From Methanocella sp. (GTDB lineage: Archaea; Thermoproteota; Bathyarchaeia; Bathyarchaeales; Bathycorpusculaceae): a stretch of DNA of 64,000 nt. The DNA lies in contig JBLNCY010000006.1 in assembly GCA_050261115.1 (NCBI GenBank), forward strand, positions 32,001 to 96,000, given 5' to 3'. The notes beneath the pieces were generated by a model. It searched no databases. It was not told the origin of the DNA and saw only the letters and a program-made list of their open reading frames with translations. Each line of letters opens with the position of its first letter. Within the stretch, counting starts at the first letter, position 1. Below, piece after piece: positions 60,049 through 64,000 of the stretch. A program made the position numbers and the translations under genes.

Positions 60049-61143
60049 TTGCAGTTTTTTATCTATGTTTTTAAGGTTCCGGATGAACTATTTTTGTGTG
60101 TATTTGGCTTGATTGTAGGTGTATCTCAGAAGGCCGCCAAGTATAGGGCTTTTTTGCTCAAGATGCTACCGCTAGCTGCGTTTGCCGTGCCTTTGGCGAT
60201 ACTGTATGTGGCTAACCCTTTTGATGTAAGCCTAAACGTTTCTGCGCAGGCGTCTTTTGAGTTAATGTGGAAAGGTCGCACTTTCCAGTTATTCTTTATC
60301 TGGCTAATCGCACTCGAACTCATCTTAAGCTGGGAAGGGCTCGCTACTAACTTCAGAAATCACTCGAGGCTGGCAGCGTGCCTTGTGGCTTTGTTGCTTC
60401 CCTCGGTCTATCTGCTGCTGGCGTTTATGGGCTTAAATGACACCATAGCGGCGGCGTCAAGCCAAATGGGTGTTGCTTTCTCTGAGTCTATGCCGCTTGC
60501 CCTCGAGTACCTGGTTTTTGCAGCGTTCTTCTGCATAATCGCCTTTATTTGGTTTGGAAAAAAAGGTCTCACAGAATTCCTTTTGCCCACGCTATTTTTG
60601 CTGCTAGTAGGTTCACTCTACATCATCGATAACATCTTTCCCTACGGGCAATTCACTCCCTTTCAGCTACTTGTACCTACCACTGCGTCTCTATCTGAAG
60701 GTGTGCTTCGCTTCATGGGCTATGCCACCGTTTCCGGTGTGGAATTCGCTTCAGGGATGCCTACGCTTACTGTGTCGGGCCCAGTGGGAAATGCAACCTT
60801 TGCCATCGCATGGCCCTGCGCAGGCATAGAGAGCCTGCTCATATTCACCGCAGTCGCCCTACTATTCCTCAAAAGAATGCGCCTCTCCTGGAAAGCCAAA
60901 ATTGGGTTCTTTGCCCTCGGAGCCGCTGTAACCTACTTCATAAACATACTCCGCATCGCGCAGATCTTCATTTTAGGGATGCAGTATGGCGAATACTCTG
61001 CTGAGGTAAACGCTTTCCACTTCTATTATGGACCGCTCTATGCCATGGTCTGGATAGTTAGCTATCCACTAATCATAGTTGCCGCTAATCTGGTCTTGGA
61101 AAAGTTTAGGAAACCTCAACCGCCACCGCCAGCCCCTGCTTAA
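60049..61143 (+). CDS. Exosortase/archaeosortase family protein
   Basis: Multi-TM; WPCAG Cys, NILRI Arg, FH His; WKGR motif; start uncertain. Confidence 0.8.
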   Translation: MQFFIYVFKVPDELFLCVFGLIVGVSQKAAKYRAFLLKMLPLAAFAVPLAILYVANPFDVSLNVSAQASFELMWKGRTFQLFFIWLIALELILSWEGLATNFRNHSRLAACLVALLLPSVYLLLAFMGLNDTIAAASSQMGVAFSESMPLALEYLVFAAFFCIIAFIWFGKKGLTEFLLPTLFLLLVGSLYIIDNIFPYGQFTPFQLLVPTTASLSEGVLRFMGYATVSGVEFASGMPTLTVSGPVGNATFAIAWPCAGIESLLIFTAVALLFLKRMRLSWKAKIGFFALGAAVTYFINILRIAQIFILGMQYGEYSAEVNAFHFYYGPLYAMVWIVSYPLIIVAANLVLEKFRKPQPPPPAPA

Positions 61144-61735
61144 TCAGGATCTGCGCGTTTAGGGCAGGCAGCGTTGCCACGTCTTCGGCGTTGAATGGCC
61201 CGTAGGATTTCAGGTCTGCGCCCATAATTGCGGGGATGCTTTTGATGAATCGTAGCGTTAGGCGTTTATGGGTTACGTGTGTTTGGGGTTTGAGTTCGGG
61301 TTTTGCTGTTGGCGTTTGTGGGGTTGGGGTGGCTTGGGTCAGGGTTGGCTGGGTGATGGTGACTGTTATTTGGGTTTGTTGGCCTTGCATGAGGTTTTTG
61401 GCAAATTCCGTGTAGGCGTTCTCGAAGCTCACAAGGTTTTGACACATCTTAGCTTCTTCAGTGGTTAAGAGCTCGATGGGCGCTCGGTGCATGCGGGTTA
61501 TGGTTTTGAGGATTTTTCGGTACCGCATTGACAGGAGTTCTTCAAGCATCCGCTCCACGTTGCGGGCTTCATGCTCAAGCAACTTAACTTTAACTGACTT
61601 GTTATCCAAAGCGCCCTTGTCTTCTTTAATGTGGGCAAGGTATTCTGTTAGTCTAACGTAGAAGTCAGGCTCTAACCCCCCTAGGGTGGGGTCTTCGATT
61701 TCCCTTTTCCAAGCTGCAAAAAGCTGATCATACAT
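61106..61735 (-). CDS. gins51: GINS subunit (Gins51/Gins15 type)
   Basis: Helical A domain (L-PDFY, R--KI, LTTEE), linker, C-terminal B domain IPAIMGADLKSYGPF; downstream of priS. Confidence 0.82.
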   Translation of the reverse strand: MYDQLFAAWKREIEDPTLGGLEPDFYVRLTEYLAHIKEDKGALDNKSVKVKLLEHEARNVERMLEELLSMRYRKILKTITRMHRAPIELLTTEEAKMCQNLVSFENAYTEFAKNLMQGQQTQITVTITQPTLTQATPTPQTPTAKPELKPQTHVTHKRLTLRFIKSIPAIMGADLKSYGPFNAEDVATLPALNAQILIKQGLAVAVEVS

Positions 61736-62977
61736 CTATAGTACCACCTCAGCCCTTCGTTTACACATAAGCAGCACTGCAGCAGCGGTTGGCAACTCAA
61801 CCGTTTGATTCTTATATGGCCCCAAGGTCTCCCCACACATCCTAAACTCTGGCGCATCAGACACCAACACTTTCACTTCACCCTTTTTAAAAGCTACCGC
61901 TCCGCTAAACGGATCAAAATCAAGGATGTCTTTAGCTGGGAACTCGACTTTTTTAAGTCCCGTTTTGCCGTGAAGGGTGCCGTTCATGCGGATAAGGCGG
62001 TGGATGTCGGTGGTGACGACAGTGTCAATTTTAGCCGCTTGTTCCTCGTGGATGTGCTCGGCTAGTTTTAGCCATGTTGCTTCGCTGACTCCATGGACGG
62101 CTTCCCACCTGCCCTCCTGTATGGCACGTTTGATGGCTGTGTCCCTGTTTTCTAACAGAGATTTGTTACGTAAGCCGATTTCTTTAAAGTCCTCTGGGCT
62201 GGCTTTTTCAAGGAAGTGTTGCATGCCGACTTTGAGGCGTCGATTCCAACCGTAATTGTGTAAAATGAACTTTTTGGCGCCTCCCCTTTTTTTTCGCTTA
62301 GCCGCTTCTTCCTTACCTTCTCTATCCAGGATCCCTAAGCCTAGCCCCGTTACATAATCCACGATTTCTTTGCGGGCCATAGCATCCAAAGAGCGCACGG
62401 CTTCGCTTTCAAGGTGTAAGTGGTAACCGCGGTGCCCTGAAAAGAATGTGCGAACCTCATGCTGTGCAAACCCAAAATCCTTATCCAACATATCCAGCAG
62501 CTTAACAACTTCGTCACGGGCGGATTCAATGCATTGGTCGCATGCCCAAATGCGGGTTTCGAACTTGGTCGCTTCACAGCAGGGGCAAGACTCGGGGGTT
62601 ATGCCTCGGCCTTGAAAGCCGCATTTTACGCATCGGAATTCGTCATGGATTTTGTTGCATTTGGTTGGGATGTGGTCGGCGTCGATATCGAAGACTATGT
62701 CGCTTCCTATCCAGCCCTTCTTGTCCATGTCAAAATCGGGGTTCTCATAATAGGCGCAACTGTGGTAGACGTCGGAGGGGGTGGTTTGGGCTAACAGTTT
62801 TCTGAAGTCATTTATGTTGATAAACCGTCGGTGGCGAACCATAAATTTCTCTTTAAACGTGAGGTAGCCGAATTCACGTTGCTGAGGCAGCGGCGGCGAG
62901 GGAACAGCATTAGCTGGGTCACGGTAGAACTCGCTAAACTTTTGGAATAAGTATTCCCTAGAAGCCTCGGCACCCAT
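61736..62977 (-). CDS. priS: DNA primase small subunit
   Basis: REFG, VFDIDAD, FSGHRGYH, IDTVVTTDIHRLIR; zinc insert. Confidence 0.94.
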   Translation of the reverse strand: MGAEASREYLFQKFSEFYRDPANAVPSPPLPQQREFGYLTFKEKFMVRHRRFININDFRKLLAQTTPSDVYHSCAYYENPDFDMDKKGWIGSDIVFDIDADHIPTKCNKIHDEFRCVKCGFQGRGITPESCPCCEATKFETRIWACDQCIESARDEVVKLLDMLDKDFGFAQHEVRTFFSGHRGYHLHLESEAVRSLDAMARKEIVDYVTGLGLGILDREGKEEAAKRKKRGGAKKFILHNYGWNRRLKVGMQHFLEKASPEDFKEIGLRNKSLLENRDTAIKRAIQEGRWEAVHGVSEATWLKLAEHIHEEQAAKIDTVVTTDIHRLIRMNGTLHGKTGLKKVEFPAKDILDFDPFSGAVAFKKGEVKVLVSDAPEFRMCGETLGPYKNQTVELPTAAAVLLMCKRRAEVVL

Positions 62978-63205
62978 ATCGTTCCCTCTCGGTTGGAGTT
63001 ATTTGTGGGTTCCAACATTTAACCCTAACCGACGCTATAGCCCGATTATAGAGCAATCAAGGGCAGAAGTATTCAGCTGGAGGTTTATGCACAGCTTACG
63101 CCGATACAAATATGCAGCTAAAAAGTGTGCCCTGTCTACAACCATGTAAGTATTCCACCAAAAAACCAACAAACATACAGAAAGGCCTGACTGTTGCTTA
63201 CAGTC

Positions 63206-63258
63206 GCTGAGTCTATATATGGGGGAGGGGGTCTCTGGGCAAAGCAACAGACGCCGAC
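63206..63258 (+). repeat. Dispersed intergenic element, copy D
   Basis: GCTGAGTCTATATATGGGGGAGGGGGTCTCTGGGCAAAGCAACAGACGCCGAC. Confidence 0.8.
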
Positions 63259-63411
63259 AAAAAACAAACGCAAAAACCCATCATAGCTGCTAACAGAAAT
63301 GTATTGACTCTTTAGAAGCATCTTTGAGGTCTGCAGTGGACTAAATTTATAAGGTCTAAGTGTAATGATAACCTATTATAATCCTAATACTTGAGTGAGA
63401 GAGGTTTAGAC

Positions 63412-64000
63412 ATGTTCAAGCTTAAAGTTTCAGACGCTAAATTGCTGCGGGATATGTGCACCGCCATCTCGATTCTAGTTGACGAAGCTACCTTCAAAAT
63501 TGAACCTGACGGACTAAAACTCCGCGCCATGGACCCATCCAGAGTCGCCATGATTGACTTCGAATGGCCAAAAACCATCTTCCAAGAATACACCTGCACA
63601 GAACCCACAAAAATATGCCTAAACATCTCTGAACTCCTAAAACTCCTCAAGCGTGCAGGCAAAGAGGAATCCGTCGAGCTATCAATCGACGAAAAAACTG
63701 GCAGACTCCTAATCACCATCCAGGGCAAATACGCACGCAACTTCAATATGCCCACCCTGGAAGCAAGCGATGAAGAAGTCCCGACACCAAAAATCAGCTT
63801 CAACGTTAAAGCTAAAACCACAACCAACGGCCTAAGCCAAGCAATCGAAGACGCCCAACTCGTAAGCGACCACGTCAGAATCGAAGCCGAACCCGAGAAA
63901 TTGACCCTCAGCGCCAGCGGCGACCTCATGGGCGCAACCATAACCCTCCAAAAAGGCAGCGACACACTCCTCGAACTCGACGTCAAAGAAAACGCCAAAG
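63412..64000 (+). CDS. pcn: PCNA sliding clamp (truncated by window end; absent from ORF track)
   Basis: ATG 63412: MFKLKVSDAKLLRDMCTAISILVDEATF...LRAMDPSRVAMIDF. Confidence 0.93.
   Translation, partial: MFKLKVSDAKLLRDMCTAISILVDEATFKIEPDGLKLRAMDPSRVAMIDFEWPKTIFQEYTCTEPTKICLNISELLKLLKRAGKEESVELSIDEKTGRLLITIQGKYARNFNMPTLEASDEEVPTPKISFNVKAKTTTNGLSQAIEDAQLVSDHVRIEAEPEKLTLSASGDLMGATITLQKGSDTLLELDVKENAK

Noticed and set aside
63384-63998. 204-aa minus-strand ORF
   Set aside because: Antisense shadow of the PCNA gene on the + strand.

Overview
Archaeal chromosomal core region, most consistent with Bathyarchaeia (TACK). This is inferred from gene content: PolD DP1/DP2, Elf1, eS25, Fae-Hps, TrpY/TrpB2, Tes, archaeosortase. 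The window contains the likely replication origin (cdc6 plus four ORB boxes around an AT-rich unwinding element, ~29.7-30.4 kb), many replication, translation and transcription genes, lipid genes and one tRNA-Glu. No CRISPR array, transposase or integrase is visible. Main unexplained signals: (1) three DNA-binding genes directly beside oriC, one encoding a membrane-anchored coiled-coil winged-helix protein, embedded in dense, helically phased GTGA(T/C) and GTGAA motif arrays, a candidate origin-tethering or segregation system; (2) a ~45-60 bp non-coding element in four dispersed copies; (3) a Fae-Hps enzyme with an extra N-terminal HTH whose promoter and 5' coding region are rich in TGTCGG sites; (4) an AhbD-like radical SAM enzyme fused to a V4R-like domain. 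All protein calls come from motif recognition without database searches.
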